Positions 1 through 11,008 are shown, counted from the first letter of the stretch. The stretch is 64,000 bases of DNA from Vicinamibacterales bacterium (GCA_040081265.1 JBEBGV010000005.1:40358-104357); one strand, 5' to 3'. A program made the numbers and translations. The notes: generated by a model not told the origin, from the sequence alone.

Positions 1-975
1 CGAACAACCGCGACGATCATGTCGCGCATACTGGCGCCGGTCGTTGACGTCCGCGTCACGCCGGGGGACCGCGTCCGCATGGGCCAGGTCCTCATCGTCC
101 TCGATGGTCGCGACCTGGCGGCGCAGGTGCGCCGGTCCACGGCGATCACCGCCTCCGCAGACCAGGACGTGCTGGCCACAACAGCCGATCGCGATGCCGC
201 CAATGCCGCACTCGCTCTTGCGCGCGCGACCCACGAACGCATCGCGGCTCTTCATGCCAGGCGCTCGGCCACGTCGCAGGAACTTGATGATGCCACCGGC
301 GGGCTGCGTGCGGCCGAAGCGCGTGCCGCGGCTGCAGCCGCGCGTGCGCAGGCTGCGGCGTCTGCCGTTGACGGCGCTCGAGCAGGCGGCGAAGCCGCCG
401 GGACGGCCGAGACCTATTCACGCCTCGTCGCACCCTTCGACGGGGTCGTGACAGAGAAGATGGTCGAACGGGGCAACATGGCGGCACCGGGGACGCCGCT
501 GTTGCGAGTCGAGGACACCGGAGGCTTTCGACTCGACGTACGCGTCGACCAGTCGCGGCTTCCGCAGATCGCGTCTGGCGGTGTCGTTCCGGTCGTGATC
601 GACGCCGGCCCGGACGGGAAGACGCGAACCGTGAGCGGCACGGTGACAGAAGTCGGTCGCACAGTGGATTCCGACGCGCGCGCCTTCCTCGTCAAGATCA
701 CCCTGCCGACCGATGCGGGTCTGCGATCGGGGATGTTCGGTCGGGCGCTGTTCAGCGAGCCGGCCCGACGCGCCCTGACGGTCCCTTCGGGGGCCATCGT
801 CAGCCGCGGCCAGGTGAGGTCGGTCTTTGTGGTCGAGCAGGATGTCGCACGCCTGCGACTGGTCAACGTCAGCGGCGCCGAGGTGCTGGCAGGTCTGTCC
901 GAGGGTGAGTCCGTGATCGTCTCTCCGCCACCGGGGCTGACTGATGGCCGCCGGGTCACCCAGGGAGGTCGCTGA
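1..975 (+). CDS. Efflux RND transporter periplasmic adaptor (MFP), 5'-partial
   Basis: Lipoyl-like halves ([17 protein letters not shown]; [15 protein letters not shown]), Ala-rich coiled coil, LRSGMFGR. The frame is open from base 1 and there is no N-terminal anchor, so the start lies upstream. Stop overlaps the next ATG (TGATG). Confidence 0.9.
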   Translation, partial: RTTATIMSRILAPVVDVRVTPGDRVRMGQVLIVLDGRDLAAQVRRSTAITASADQDVLATTADRDAANAALALARATHERIAALHARRSATSQELDDATGGLRAAEARAAAAAARAQAAASAVDGARAGGEAAGTAETYSRLVAPFDGVVTEKMVERGNMAAPGTPLLRVEDTGGFRLDVRVDQSRLPQIASGGVVPVVIDAGPDGKTRTVSGTVTEVGRTVDSDARAFLVKITLPTDAGLRSGMFGRALFSEPARRALTVPSGAIVSRGQVRSVFVVEQDVARLRLVNVSGAEVLAGLSEGESVIVSPPPGLTDGRRVTQGGR

Positions 976-3900
976 TGACGTCCTATGGCGCCGCGGGCCG
1001 GCTGGCGGCAGCGTTCATTGCCTCGAAGCTGACCCCGCTCTTCATTGGCGCCTCGCTGGCACTCGGCGCACTGGCGATCGTCGCGCTGCCGCGCGAGGAG
1101 GAGCCGCAGATCGTCGTCCCGATGGTCGACGTCCTCGTGGAGATGCCGGGCGCCACTCCGGCCGACATCGAGCAGCGCGTCACGAGGCCGCTCGAGCAGC
1201 TCCTGTGGGAGGTGCCGGGTGTCGAGTATGTCTATTCAACGTCCTCTCCGGGTCACGCCATGGTGGTCGTGCGCTTCAAGGTCGGGCAACCGGAAGAAGC
1301 GGCACTGGTCCGACTGAATCAGAAACTCGCCGCCAACGCCGACCGCATTCCGCCCGGCGTCAGCAGCCCGATCGTCAAGCCCCGCTCGATCGATGACGTG
1401 CCGATCATGGCGATCGCCGTGTGGTCCGAACGCTACGGCGACGACCAGATGAGGGCTCTGGCCGCACAACTCCGCGACGTGATCGCCGAGGTGACAGACG
1501 TCTCCGAAGTCACGCTCATCGGGGGACGATCCCGCCAGCTCACGATTAACGTCGACCCGGCACGGCTGTCCGCCTACAGGCTGGACCCGCTGGCGATTCG
1601 ACGCGCGATCGAGACCACCAACATGCAGATCGCCGCCTCCGGGCCAGTCTCAAACGGGCGGATCGTCGATGTGGACGCCGGGACCCGACTGAAGACGGCC
1701 GAGGACATCCGTCGGGTCATCGTCGGCGCCTCCAACGGTCGAACCGTCACTGTGGGCGACGTTTCGCAGGTTGACGACGGGGGCGCTGAACCCACGTCCT
1801 ACGTGACCTACCAGTCTCGCTCGTCCGGCGCGCACCCCGCGGTGACCATCGCGGTCGCCAAGCGGAAGGGGACCAACGCCATCGACGTGGCCCATCGCGT
1901 GGCCCAGAAGCTCGACACCGTCAGGGGCACCCTGGTGCCTGCTGATGTACACCTGACCGTCACGCGCGACTACGGCGAGACTGCGGCCGAGAAAAGCAAC
2001 GAATTGCTGTGGCACATGCTGCTGGCGGTGCTCTCGGTGTCGGCGCTGATCTGGCTGGTCCTTGGCCGGCGCGAGGCGGCAGTCGTGCTGGTGGCCATCC
2101 CAGTCACGCTGGCTCTGACGCTGTTCATGTTCTATCTCTACGGCTACACCCTGAACCGCATCACCCTGTTCGCCTTGATCTTCTCCATCGGCATACTCGT
2201 CGATGACGCGATCGTCGTGGTCGAGAACATCGTTCGGCATACGCGGCTGGGCACATCCAGCGATGGACTGGTTGCTGTAGCGCTGAGAGCGGTTGACGAG
2301 GTCGGGAACCCCACGATCCTGGCCACCCTTGCCGTCGTCGCCGCGATTCTGCCGATGGCCTTTGTCGGCGGTCTGATGGGTCCATACATGCGGCCGATTC
2401 CGATCGGTGCGTCGGCGGCCATGGCGTTCTCGCTGGTGGTGGCCTTTGTGGTGACACCGTGGGCGGCGGTCCGCCTCCTGAAGACACCGACCGCCCACGA
2501 GCACGATCACGAAGACTTCTTCACCCGCCTCTATCGGCGCGTGATGGGGCCACTGATCGGGAACGGCTGGACGCGCGCATTCTTTCTGGCGGGTGTAGGC
2601 CTGCTGCTGCTCGCGGCGGTGGCGCTGGTCCCGACCGGCCTGGTGACGGTCAAGATGCTCCCCTTCGACAACAAGAGTGAGTTCCAGGTGATGCTGGACA
2701 TGCCGGAAGGCACGGCGCTCGAAACCACCGCGCGCGTCGCCTCGGCCCTGGCGTCCGCGGCACTCGAGGACGATGCGGTGGTGGATGTTCAGCAATATGT
2801 CGGCACCTCCTCCCCGTACAACTTCAACGGCCTGGTGCGACATTACTTTCTCCGCAGAGCTCAGCATCTCGCCGACCTGCAGGTCAACCTGGTCCCGAGC
2901 GGCGAGCGCTCAGTGCAGAGCCATGATGTCGCACGCCGCATTCGCGAGCGGTTGCTGCCGATTGCCCGCTCCTTCGGCGCGACGCTGCAGGTCGCGGAGG
3001 TTCCGCCGGGGCCCCCTGTCCTGCAGACTCTGGTCGCCGAGGTCTATGGCCCCGACCCGCTCCGCCGGACCGAAATCGCCGGACAGATCAAAGACATCTT
3101 CGAGCAGACTCCAGGCGTCGTCGACACCGACTGGTACGTCGAGACGCCGCATCAGAAGGCCACCCTTGTGGTGGACGGAGAGAAAGCCGCCGTCGCCGGT
3201 GTGTCCTCGAGCGCCGTCGCGTCGCTCGTGCAGATGGTCGGGTCTGGGGAGACCATCGGATTGCTGCACGACGCTCGGGCGCGTGAAGATGTGCCGATTG
3301 TCGTACGGCTGCCGCGCGACGGGCGGAGCCTCGAGGCCGTGCAGTCCCTGCACCTGAACGGTACAGCGCCGGTCGCGGTGGGCGAACTGACCCGAACCGT
3401 GTGGACGCAGACCGAACCCAGCCTGTATCACAAGAATCTGCAGCCGGTCACCTACGTCACGGGCGATCTGGCAGGGCAGAACGAGAGTCCGGTGTACGCC
3501 ATCCGGACGATGAACCAGGCGATCGCCCGCCTGAAGCTTCCCGAGGGATACGGGCTGGGCGTCTACAACGCCACCCAGCCCTTCGACACCTCCACCTACG
3601 CGATGAAGTGGGATGGCGAGTGGCACATCACGATCGAGGTGTTCCGTGACCTGGGTCTGGCGTTTGCCGCGGTGCTCGTGCTCATCTACGTGCTGGTGGT
3701 CGGCTGGTTTCAGTCGTTCCGCACTCCCCTGCTGATCATGGCCGCGATTCCGTTCTCGCTGGTGGGGATCCTGCCGGCGCACGCGGCGATGGGCGCCTTC
3801 TTCACGGCGACGTCGATGATCGGATTCATCGCCGGCGCGGGCATTGTCGTCCGCAACTCGATCATCCTGGTTGACTTCATCGAACTTCGCCTCCGCGAAG

Positions 3901-4157
3901 GCGTCCCACTCGAACGCGCGGTGGTTGACGCCGGAGCGATCCGGTTCCGGCCCATGGCCCTGACCGCCGCGGCGGTCATCGTCGGTGCAGCAGTCATCCT
4001 CTTCGATCCGATTTTCCAGGGACTGGCCATCTCGCTGATGGCCGGGGAGGTTGCGTCGCTCCTCCTCTCACGAATGGCCGTGCCGGTCCTCTACTACATG
4101 TCCAGGCGGGGCGAGCAGCCCCTGCAGCCAGATTCGGTGACCGCGGAATACCTGTGA
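975..4157 (+). CDS. Efflux RND transporter permease (AcrB/CusA superfamily)
   Basis: 1060 aa; [35 protein letters not shown] and RFRPMALT motifs; two TM blocks. Confidence 0.95.
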   Translation: MTSYGAAGRLAAAFIASKLTPLFIGASLALGALAIVALPREEEPQIVVPMVDVLVEMPGATPADIEQRVTRPLEQLLWEVPGVEYVYSTSSPGHAMVVVRFKVGQPEEAALVRLNQKLAANADRIPPGVSSPIVKPRSIDDVPIMAIAVWSERYGDDQMRALAAQLRDVIAEVTDVSEVTLIGGRSRQLTINVDPARLSAYRLDPLAIRRAIETTNMQIAASGPVSNGRIVDVDAGTRLKTAEDIRRVIVGASNGRTVTVGDVSQVDDGGAEPTSYVTYQSRSSGAHPAVTIAVAKRKGTNAIDVAHRVAQKLDTVRGTLVPADVHLTVTRDYGETAAEKSNELLWHMLLAVLSVSALIWLVLGRREAAVVLVAIPVTLALTLFMFYLYGYTLNRITLFALIFSIGILVDDAIVVVENIVRHTRLGTSSDGLVAVALRAVDEVGNPTILATLAVVAAILPMAFVGGLMGPYMRPIPIGASAAMAFSLVVAFVVTPWAAVRLLKTPTAHEHDHEDFFTRLYRRVMGPLIGNGWTRAFFLAGVGLLLLAAVALVPTGLVTVKMLPFDNKSEFQVMLDMPEGTALETTARVASALASAALEDDAVVDVQQYVGTSSPYNFNGLVRHYFLRRAQHLADLQVNLVPSGERSVQSHDVARRIRERLLPIARSFGATLQVAEVPPGPPVLQTLVAEVYGPDPLRRTEIAGQIKDIFEQTPGVVDTDWYVETPHQKATLVVDGEKAAVAGVSSSAVASLVQMVGSGETIGLLHDARAREDVPIVVRLPRDGRSLEAVQSLHLNGTAPVAVGELTRTVWTQTEPSLYHKNLQPVTYVTGDLAGQNESPVYAIRTMNQAIARLKLPEGYGLGVYNATQPFDTSTYAMKWDGEWHITIEVFRDLGLAFAAVLVLIYVLVVGWFQSFRTPLLIMAAIPFSLVGILPAHAAMGAFFTATSMIGFIAGAGIVVRNSIILVDFIELRLREGVPLERAVVDAGAIRFRPMALTAAAVIVGAAVILFDPIFQGLAISLMAGEVASLLLSRMAVPVLYYMSRRGEQPLQPDSVTAEYL

Positions 4158-4165
4158 GGAACATC

Positions 4166-4354
4166 ATGACCGTTGAACGTGCCTTGCGCCTGATTGCGGG
4201 TGCCTTTGTCATCGCCAGCGTGCTGCTCGGGATCTACGTCAGCCCGCTCTTCCTGTGGTTCACCCTGTTTGTGGGCCTCAACCTGTTTCAGTCGGCGTTC
4301 AGCCAGTGGTGTCCGATGATGGCGGTGCTCCGGAAGGCGGGCCTCCGCGGCTGA
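4166..4354 (+). CDS. DUF2892 / YgaP-like small membrane protein
   Basis: MTVERALRLIAG...GLNLFQSAFSQWCPM; two TM helices with the conserved WCP; GAGGA RBS before ATG 4166. Confidence 0.85.
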   Translation: MTVERALRLIAGAFVIASVLLGIYVSPLFLWFTLFVGLNLFQSAFSQWCPMMAVLRKAGLRG

Positions 4355-4526
4355 CGCTCGCAGGACGCTATCTCATCTGCCCCCCGGTGCCGGCTGCATG
4401 AGGTGTCCTCGATTGAACGGCAACTTCAGGCCGGCTCCCCTATAGTCGTGAGGTCTGCTCGTCAGCCTTGATGCGCGCCCGCGCACGTTGGCGAAGATGA
4501 ACGACCCACATCGTCTGAGGTTCCCA

Positions 4527-6170
4527 ATGTTCAAGCAAACTGCGGCTGCGTTCGTGGCATCCGTTGTACTCCTACCCGGCGTCGCGTTCACGCAGACGCC
4601 GCCCAACCCTACCCAGCAGCCAATCGTTGCCTCTCAGGGCGATGTCCCGCTGTTCCGGATCACTGTCATTGGACGGACGACGCCGGCGATCAACTACCGG
4701 CCACGCCGAGGCGACACCAAGGTCGACCTGCAGGGGACAGCCCTGATGCCACAGGCGCGCGGGGAAGCCAAGGTGTCCGGCGAGCAGGGCTACATGAACG
4801 TGGAGGCCAGGTTCGACAAGTTCGGATCGGCATCAGCGTTCGGGCCCGAGTACCTGACTTACGTGCTCTGGGCCGTCACTCCTGAGGGCCGCGCGACCAA
4901 CCTCGGCGAAGTCCAGATCGACGGCAATGATGCCAAGGTGAAAGTGACGACTGAGCTGCAGGCGTTTGGCTTGATTGTCACCGCCGAGCCCTACTTCGCG
5001 GTGACGCAGCCCAGCGACGTGGTGGTGATGGAGAACGTGATCCGTGCCGGTACCGAGGGCAGCGTCGAGGTGATTCAAGCGAAGTACGAGCTGTTGAAGC
5101 GCGGCACCTACCTGATGAGCCAGGACGCTGCGACGTTGAAGCTCAAGCCACTCGAGCCAGGGACGTCTGCGGATCTTGCGCAGGCACGGAACGCGGTCGC
5201 GCTGGCACGTCTCGCGGGTGCCGATCGCTTTGCGCAGGAAAGCTTCGACAAGGCCGCAGGCCTGCTGGCCACGGCGGAAGAAGCGCGGGAGAAGCGACGG
5301 GGCGGGAACGCGGTCATGATGCCGGCACGGCAGGCGTCGCAGACCGCGGAGGACGCGCGACTGATCGGCCTGCAACGGCAGGAAGAGGCGTTCCAGGCGG
5401 AACAGAAGTCACAGGCGCTCCTGCGCGAGCAGGCCGCGCTCAACCGTGCGCAGGCTGAAGCCGCCAGAAGCCGGCAGGCGGACATCGACGCGCAGACGGC
5501 GCGAAACGCGCGTGACGCGGCCGAGCGCGACGCGCTCACCGCTGCCACCGCGCGAGCCGCTGCTGAGCTGAATGCTCGTACGGCGGCCGCAGGGCTGGCG
5601 ACCGCTGAACGCGCAACGGCAACAGCCGACGCGGCCCGTTCAGCAGCCGACGCGGCGCGCATGCAGGCGGAGGCAGCCCAGAGGCTCGCCGAAGGACAGG
5701 CAGCGGAGGCGCGAAGCGCAACCGCAAAGTCGGAGCAGGACAAGACGGTGCTTCGCGAGCAGCTCCGCACGCAGCTGAATGTCATCCTCGAGACGCGCGA
5801 AACCGCCCGCGGCCTGATCGTCAACCTGTCGGACGTGTTGTTTGACTCAGCGAGCTCGACGCTCAAGCCTGGCGCACGCGAAAAGCTGGCGCGTGTATCG
5901 GGCATCCTGGTCTCGCACGAGGGCCTGCAGCTGGCCGTTGAAGGGCATACCGACAGCGTCGGCACCGACCTCTACAACCAGGGGCTGTCGGAACGACGCG
6001 CGGAATCAGTGCGCGCGTATCTGGTGGATCAGAAGTTCTCGTCGGCCTCGGTCGGGGCGACCGGCCTGGGCGAAGGCCAGCCGGTTGCAAGCAACGACAC
6101 CGCTACCGGACGACAGCAGAATCGCCGCGTCGAACTGATCGTCTCCGGTGACATCATCGGCCGACGCTGA
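4527..6170 (+). CDS. OmpA-family peptidoglycan-binding protein with long coiled coil
   Basis: Signal peptide from ATG 4527 (GAGG upstream); C-terminal VLFD..VEGHTDSVG..NQGLSERRA..NRRVE OmpA_C motifs; Ala-rich coiled coil. Confidence 0.9.
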   Translation: MFKQTAAAFVASVVLLPGVAFTQTPPNPTQQPIVASQGDVPLFRITVIGRTTPAINYRPRRGDTKVDLQGTALMPQARGEAKVSGEQGYMNVEARFDKFGSASAFGPEYLTYVLWAVTPEGRATNLGEVQIDGNDAKVKVTTELQAFGLIVTAEPYFAVTQPSDVVVMENVIRAGTEGSVEVIQAKYELLKRGTYLMSQDAATLKLKPLEPGTSADLAQARNAVALARLAGADRFAQESFDKAAGLLATAEEAREKRRGGNAVMMPARQASQTAEDARLIGLQRQEEAFQAEQKSQALLREQAALNRAQAEAARSRQADIDAQTARNARDAAERDALTAATARAAAELNARTAAAGLATAERATATADAARSAADAARMQAEAAQRLAEGQAAEARSATAKSEQDKTVLREQLRTQLNVILETRETARGLIVNLSDVLFDSASSTLKPGAREKLARVSGILVSHEGLQLAVEGHTDSVGTDLYNQGLSERRAESVRAYLVDQKFSSASVGATGLGEGQPVASNDTATGRQQNRRVELIVSGDIIGRR

Positions 6171-6206
6171 GGCCGAGCGCGCTGCGGTTGGTGATTGCAC
6201 GCCACT

Positions 6207-6863
6207 CTACGGCTTCGGAATGCGTAGAGTGGCGCTGATCATGGCGCTTCCACTGGCGCCATAGACAAGCACCAGCGGGTGGAGAGTGGCCGGGCCGATC
6301 CGTATCGCACCGAGCCAGAGGCCCTCACCGGTTCGTCCCAGAAAGAACGCCACCGCCAGCACCGCGACGATCGCAATGCTCGTCGGAATGGGCGTGCCCT
6401 CGAAGTACCTCACCTTCCCTGTTTCAACGTCGGCGAGCGCGTCCGCGGTGACGTTGAAGCGCGCCAGGCGGCTTACGCCGCACACCACAAAATAGGTCAG
6501 CACCAGCATGTCCCAGCCTCCGCGCAACCCGAGCGTGAAGCCAAGGACGGCTGGTGCCACCCCGAATGAAATGATGTCCGACAGCGAATCGAGATCGGCC
6601 CCGAGCACCGATTGACGTGACCGGTTCAGTCGGGCCACGTACCCATCGAACACATCGCAGACCAACGCCGCTGGAAGAAGCACGAATGCGGCCCACAGGA
6701 AGCGGCCGTCACCGGTGGCCAGGTAGTCCAGACACAGAAAGGTCGCAATCGTTCCGCAGGCGGCGTTTCCAATAGTCAACGCATCGGCCGCGGTATACGA
6801 ACGCACCATCGACAGATGGCGCCGACGCGTTATGCCCGGTGGGTCGGATTGCACCCGGCGCAC
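6207..6863 (-). CDS. pssA: CDP-alcohol phosphatidyltransferase, probable phosphatidylserine synthase
   Basis: DVFDGYVAR...GADLDSLSDIISFGVAP signature; RLARFN and FEGTPIP motifs. Confidence 0.85.
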   Translation of the reverse strand: MRRVQSDPPGITRRRHLSMVRSYTAADALTIGNAACGTIATFLCLDYLATGDGRFLWAAFVLLPAALVCDVFDGYVARLNRSRQSVLGADLDSLSDIISFGVAPAVLGFTLGLRGGWDMLVLTYFVVCGVSRLARFNVTADALADVETGKVRYFEGTPIPTSIAIVAVLAVAFFLGRTGEGLWLGAIRIGPATLHPLVLVYGASGSAMISATLRIPKP

Positions 6864-6866
6864 TCC

Positions 6867-7082
6867 CTACTTGTCGTCGTCATCCTCTTCATCCTCGTCG
6901 TCGTCTTCGTCATCGTCATCGTCATCCTCGTCGTCATCATCATCCTCGTCGTCGTCATCCTCGTCGTCTCCATCGACTGGCGGGTCGTCGATCTCCCGGT
7001 CGTCTCCCGGGCCGTCGGGCGAGGCGAGGTAAGCGGGGAACAGTCGGGCGAGAGCGTCGAATTCTTCAAATCCGTTTGTCAT
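6867..7082 (-). CDS. Small hyper-acidic protein (71 aa, poly-Asp/Glu tail)
   Basis: ATG 7082 with GAGG 6 nt upstream; C-terminal run of about 32 D/E residues encoded by mixed GAC/GAT/GAG/GAA codons. Confidence 0.6.
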   Translation of the reverse strand: MTNGFEEFDALARLFPAYLASPDGPGDDREIDDPPVDGDDEDDDDEDDDDDEDDDDDDEDDDEDEEDDDDK

Positions 7083-7194
7083 TGTGAACCTCGAGAAGTG
7101 GGGCCAGCAAGGCACGTGCCCATGCGTGGCGGCGGGACAACGTAGAGAGAACTGCGGCGTCAGTGTTGCATGTTCCAGCTCAAGAGGCATAGCG

Positions 7195-8469
7195 ATGGCA
7201 AATCCCACACAGCGCGCAGCGGTCCGTGCAGGCTGGTCGCATGTCCCGCGGCAGTGGAGACATGGCATTGCGCTCGATCCCAGGCACGGTCGCATGACCG
7301 GGGCGCCGACCTGGTCGACACGCGCGCGCAGATTGTTCTGGGCGTGGTGGCCCTGGTTCGGTGCCAGCCTCGCCGCGGCGCTGAACGACCGCTGGACCTG
7401 GGCCTTCGGGCTGGGCGCCATCGCGCTGCTCTGCTACCTCATCACGCCGGCGGAGTCCGCGCCACGCTATGGCCTCGAGCACGAATTCGAGGTCGGCTCT
7501 GAGCAGTTTCTCAACACGGTCACCGGCGCGACCAACACGCCGTTCACTCGCGGTAACCGGCTGGAGGTTCTGAACAACGGCGATGAGTTCTACCCGGCCA
7601 TGCTGAGCGCGATTCAGGCGGCCGAGACGTCGATCACCATCGAAGCCTACATCTACTGGACTGGAACCATCGGTCTCGAATTTGCGCGGGCGCTGGCCGA
7701 CAGGGCGCAGCAAGGGGTGACCGTCAAGATTCTGCTGGATGCCGTGGGGTCGGCGACCATTGGCGACGAGATTCTGCAGACGCTCGAAGCCGGCGGCTGC
7801 CAGCTCGCCTGGTACAACCCGATCAACTGGTACACGATCGGGCGTTTCAACCACCGTACCCACCGCAAGTCGCTCATCGTCGATGGGCGAATCGGCTTCA
7901 CCGGCGGGGCCGGTATTGCCGATCACTGGACAGGTCGCGCGCAGTCACCGGAACACTGGCGAGACGTGCAGATTCGTATTGAAGGTCCTGCCGTCGGACC
8001 GCTGCAGGCGGGGTTTGCCCAGAACTGGCTACAGAGCACCGGCGAGTTGGTAACCGGCGCCAGTTACTATCCGACCTTCGATGCTGCTGGCACCGTCAGC
8101 CTCCAGACGCTGATGAGCTCACCGGAAACCGGCTCGTCTGCAGTACGCACGATGTACTACCTGTCGATCGTCTCGGCGCAGACGTCGATCCTGATCGCCA
8201 ACCCGTATTTCGTGCCGGACGAAGCGGCGGTCGAGACGCTCATTGACGCCAGGCACCGGGGCGTTGACGTGCAGATCCTGGTGTCAGGCGTCCACAACGA
8301 CAACTGGCTCGCCAGGCACAACAGCGTACGCCTGTTTGGGACGCTGCTCGAGGCGGGCATCGAAATACGCGAGTACAACCGGACGATGCTCCACCACAAG
8401 GTCATGATTGTGGATGGGGTGTGGGCCACCATTGGCACCACCAACTTCGACTGCTGGCGTCAATGCTGA
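7195..8469 (+). pseudogene. cls: Cardiolipin synthase (PLD family), C-terminally truncated
   Basis: Two HKD motifs (HRKSLIVD, HHKVMIVD), NPYFVPD. Ends TIGTTNFD-CWRQC-stop, lacking the usual NRS-x-x-LN-E motif and C-terminal helices; no continuation found in the other frames. Confidence 0.7.
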
Positions 8470-8524
8470 CGGAGCAGGCCTGACAGTGCCTGCGAGTCTT
8501 GCGGGCAGGCGCGAGAGCGGACGA

Positions 8525-8950
8525 CTATGCCGCCGGGCGGACGTCAGTGACGGCAGAGGCCACGACGAACACCTTGTCGTTGTTGCTGCCGGGATCGCCG
8601 GGAAAGAGGAAGAATCCCGTGCGCGAGGGATGATAGGTCAGGCTGGTCCCCAGAAGCTCCTCGCCGTCGTGGAATCGCACGGCCAGGCGTCGCCCAGCCG
8701 CATTGGCGAGGAATTCCTTGCGCTCCTGGTATTGCGGCTCTCCGTCGAAGTCCTCGACGAAGAACACCGCTTTGAGGTCGGCAACCCTGACGTGCAGCGG
8801 GGAGGCACCCGGCTCAGCCTCGCGAAGCATGAGTGGGAAGGAGTCCTTGCCGGGGTCGAAACTTCGCAAGAAACCCTTGAGAATGAGGCCGTCGGCGTAA
8901 TGGACGACGACCCGAGCCACCTGACTGGTTGGACCCATATAGACCGTCAT
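8525..8950 (-). CDS. Conserved hypothetical protein (DUF6982-like, internally duplicated beta domain)
   Basis: Two similar halves: VVVHYADGLILKG and LAVRFHDGEELLG; LKAVFFV and GFFLFPGDPGSNN motifs. Start moved to ATG 8950 because a sigma54 site overlaps the longer ORF start. Confidence 0.75.
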   Translation of the reverse strand: MTVYMGPTSQVARVVVHYADGLILKGFLRSFDPGKDSFPLMLREAEPGASPLHVRVADLKAVFFVEDFDGEPQYQERKEFLANAAGRRLAVRFHDGEELLGTSLTYHPSRTGFFLFPGDPGSNNDKVFVVASAVTDVRPAA

Positions 8951-8993
8951 CGGCACCCGGCTGGGCTGCGATAGCGGTAAATCAGGGGGGCGG

Positions 8994-9009
8994 CGCAAGT
9001 TGAATGCCA
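8994..9009 (-). promoter_or_regulatory. Sigma54 -24/-12 promoter
   Basis: Minus strand TGGCATTCAACTTGCG = GG-N10-GC, about 45 nt upstream of ATG 8950. Confidence 0.6.
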
Positions 9010-9196
9010 CCGCACGCGATTTCGCGCACGGGCAGGACTGTGGAAATCACCCCCTTTTCACCCCCTGCCGTGTTACCTTGAGTAATCGCCGCAACGACGG
9101 CCCATGAGGCTCACAGCGACCACGCTTCCGCTCAGGAAGCACATTCGTTTGGTCGCGCCGGGACGTCCCGGTTGCCCACTCCAACCTGACTACTAC

Positions 9197-9520
9197 ATGA
9201 CGCACACGCTCGAGATCAGCCTTCGCATTCCCTCCCTCCGCGTTCGGCGCGAAGGACAAGAAGCCCTCGAAACGATCGTCAACACGGACATCAGGTTCAC
9301 CAAGCAGATCGAACTCGACGCCGTCCCCAAAGTGGGTGACGTGCTGACGATGACCGTCGGCTCGGGTGGGACGTTTCAGTGTGAGGTGGTCCGGAGCGAC
9401 TGGCGCGATGACAAGAACATGTTCGTCGCGGCGTGTCGGTACTCCCGGCGGACGATTCCGGAACGCGAATATCAGGCCCTGAAGAACGCGCCAGACTGGC
9501 ACGAGCGAGGCCTGTTGTAG
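9197..9520 (+). CDS. Hypothetical protein
   Basis: 107 aa from ATG 9197 with protein-like composition and high GC3; no recognised motif. Confidence 0.6.
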   Translation: MTHTLEISLRIPSLRVRREGQEALETIVNTDIRFTKQIELDAVPKVGDVLTMTVGSGGTFQCEVVRSDWRDDKNMFVAACRYSRRTIPEREYQALKNAPDWHERGLL

Positions 9521-9573
9521 GGCGGGGTGCCCGTTAACGAGAGACGCACATCGAGTGCGCAGCTGGAGAGACG

Positions 9574-9777
9574 ATGACAGGAACAATCAGTACGTTGAGA
9601 GCAGACAAGGGCTTCGGATTCATCAAGGACGACAGCGGGAAGGAATACTTCTTCCACCAGAGCGCTGTATACGGCGAGGGGCTCGACAACCTTCGTGCGG
9701 GCGACAGCGTCGAGTTCGAGGTGGGACAGGGCCCGAAGGGTCCTCGCGCCGAGAACGTGCGTCGCACGTCGACATAG
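9574..9777 (+). CDS. Cold-shock domain protein
   Basis: KGFGFI (RNP1), YFFHQSA (RNP2), GPKGPRAENV; GGAGA RBS. Confidence 0.95.
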   Translation: MTGTISTLRADKGFGFIKDDSGKEYFFHQSAVYGEGLDNLRAGDSVEFEVGQGPKGPRAENVRRTST

Positions 9778-9793
9778 TCAGGGACGCCAGTCG

Positions 9794-10354
9794 TCAGACT
9801 GGCGATCCGTTGATGACACGCAAGTAGGCCCTCCACGGACCCACCTCGTCCGAGTACTGCTTGGCGAGGACTCGCGAAATCTGCACGACGTGATCGAAGT
9901 CGTGCGCCACCCAGGTCGCGATCAGCTGTCGCACGGTGACAGTCCCGAGCGCCGGGTGCCGTCCTCGCCGATTCAGGTCCCCCATTGTCAATGCCAGCCC
10001 CGAGAGCGCACGCAGGCTCTCGAGGCGCAGGCGGCGGAACTCGTCAAGCAGATTGTCGCAGCTGCGCCCGGACGACGCGGCGAACTGGGCCTCGCGATCG
10101 AAGTCATCGAACGCCCGCGACTCGCCATATTCCATCACGCAGCGCACCCGTGGAATCCAGTCCGTCCGCTCGGCATGAATGAGGTGTCCGACGACGTCGA
10201 ATGGACTCCAGGTGCCTGGACCTTCATGCGCACGAGCCCACGAGTCGGGACGTCCTCGCAGCAGCGCCTCCACGACCTCCGGCGTGCTTCGCAAGACCCC
10301 CACGGCCTCGTCCAGGGCCAGTGTGCGCCGCGGTCGTTCATCGTCAACGGTCAT
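9794..10354 (-). CDS. DinB-family protein
   Basis: WSPFDVVGHLIHAE, GRHPALG and WVAHDFDH His-triad motifs. Confidence 0.9.
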   Translation of the reverse strand: MTVDDERPRRTLALDEAVGVLRSTPEVVEALLRGRPDSWARAHEGPGTWSPFDVVGHLIHAERTDWIPRVRCVMEYGESRAFDDFDREAQFAASSGRSCDNLLDEFRRLRLESLRALSGLALTMGDLNRRGRHPALGTVTVRQLIATWVAHDFDHVVQISRVLAKQYSDEVGPWRAYLRVINGSPV

Positions 10355-10463
10355 TGCCAGATGATGGCACCTCCACACGACGACTTGTCAGCCTGACGAC
10401 TCCAGTGCCTCTGGCTCAGGCACCGGTGCTTCAACGAGCAGGATCTTCTGGCTACAATGCCGC

Positions 10464-10985
10464 GTGATGCGGACCCCCTGCAGGGCGTTGTTGCTCGGAG
10501 CGCTTCTCGTGACTATCGCTGACTCCAGCGTCGCTGAAGCCCAGGACGGCGGTCGCGCGACGCTCGACGCCACCGCCGGCTGGGTCGGATTTGCCGACGA
10601 CAGCATCGTCAGCGAAGGAATGGTGGGAGGGTCAGGACGGATCTATCTCACCCCGAGGCTCGCGGTCGGCCCTGAGGTCGTCTTCATCAGGGGCACCAGC
10701 CACAGCCATTACGTCGTCACAGGCAACGTGACGTTTGATTTCGTACGACCTGCCGGCGGACGAGGCGCATCAGCCACGCCGTACATCGTTCTCGGAGCCG
10801 GGGCCTTCTGGACACGTCAGCAGTTTCCACGCGGCGTGTTCACGTCCAATGAGGGCGCGTTCACGGCGGGCGTCGGTGTTCGGGTGCCGATCGGCGAACG
10901 CGTGACCGTGGGTGCCGAGGCGCGTCTGGGCTGGGAGCTCCACGCACGCATCAACGGCGTCGTCGGCTGGCGTCTCGGCCGGTGA
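10464..10985 (+). CDS. Small outer-membrane beta-barrel protein
   Basis: Signal peptide, alternating beta strands, TPYIVLGAG, aromatic C-terminal strand. Confidence 0.75.
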   Translation: MMRTPCRALLLGALLVTIADSSVAEAQDGGRATLDATAGWVGFADDSIVSEGMVGGSGRIYLTPRLAVGPEVVFIRGTSHSHYVVTGNVTFDFVRPAGGRGASATPYIVLGAGAFWTRQQFPRGVFTSNEGAFTAGVGVRVPIGERVTVGAEARLGWELHARINGVVGWRLGR

Positions 10986-11008
10986 CGCGGCGTGCCGGGC
11001 TGGCCCGC

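Noticed and set aside
5400-5760. Ala-rich low-complexity stretch in the OmpA protein as a DNA repeat
   Set aside because: Coiled-coil coding sequence with no exact nucleotide periodicity.
6870-6970. Possible CRISPR or microsatellite array
   Set aside because: Degenerate trinucleotide coding tract with no repeat-spacer structure.
6816-7145. Plus-strand poly-Ser, poly-Val/Ile and Arg/His-rich ORFs
   Set aside because: Antisense shadows of the Asp/Glu codon tract; no RBS support.
9472-9836. Minus-strand ORFs over the cold-shock gene
   Set aside because: Shadow frames of a clear Csp gene.
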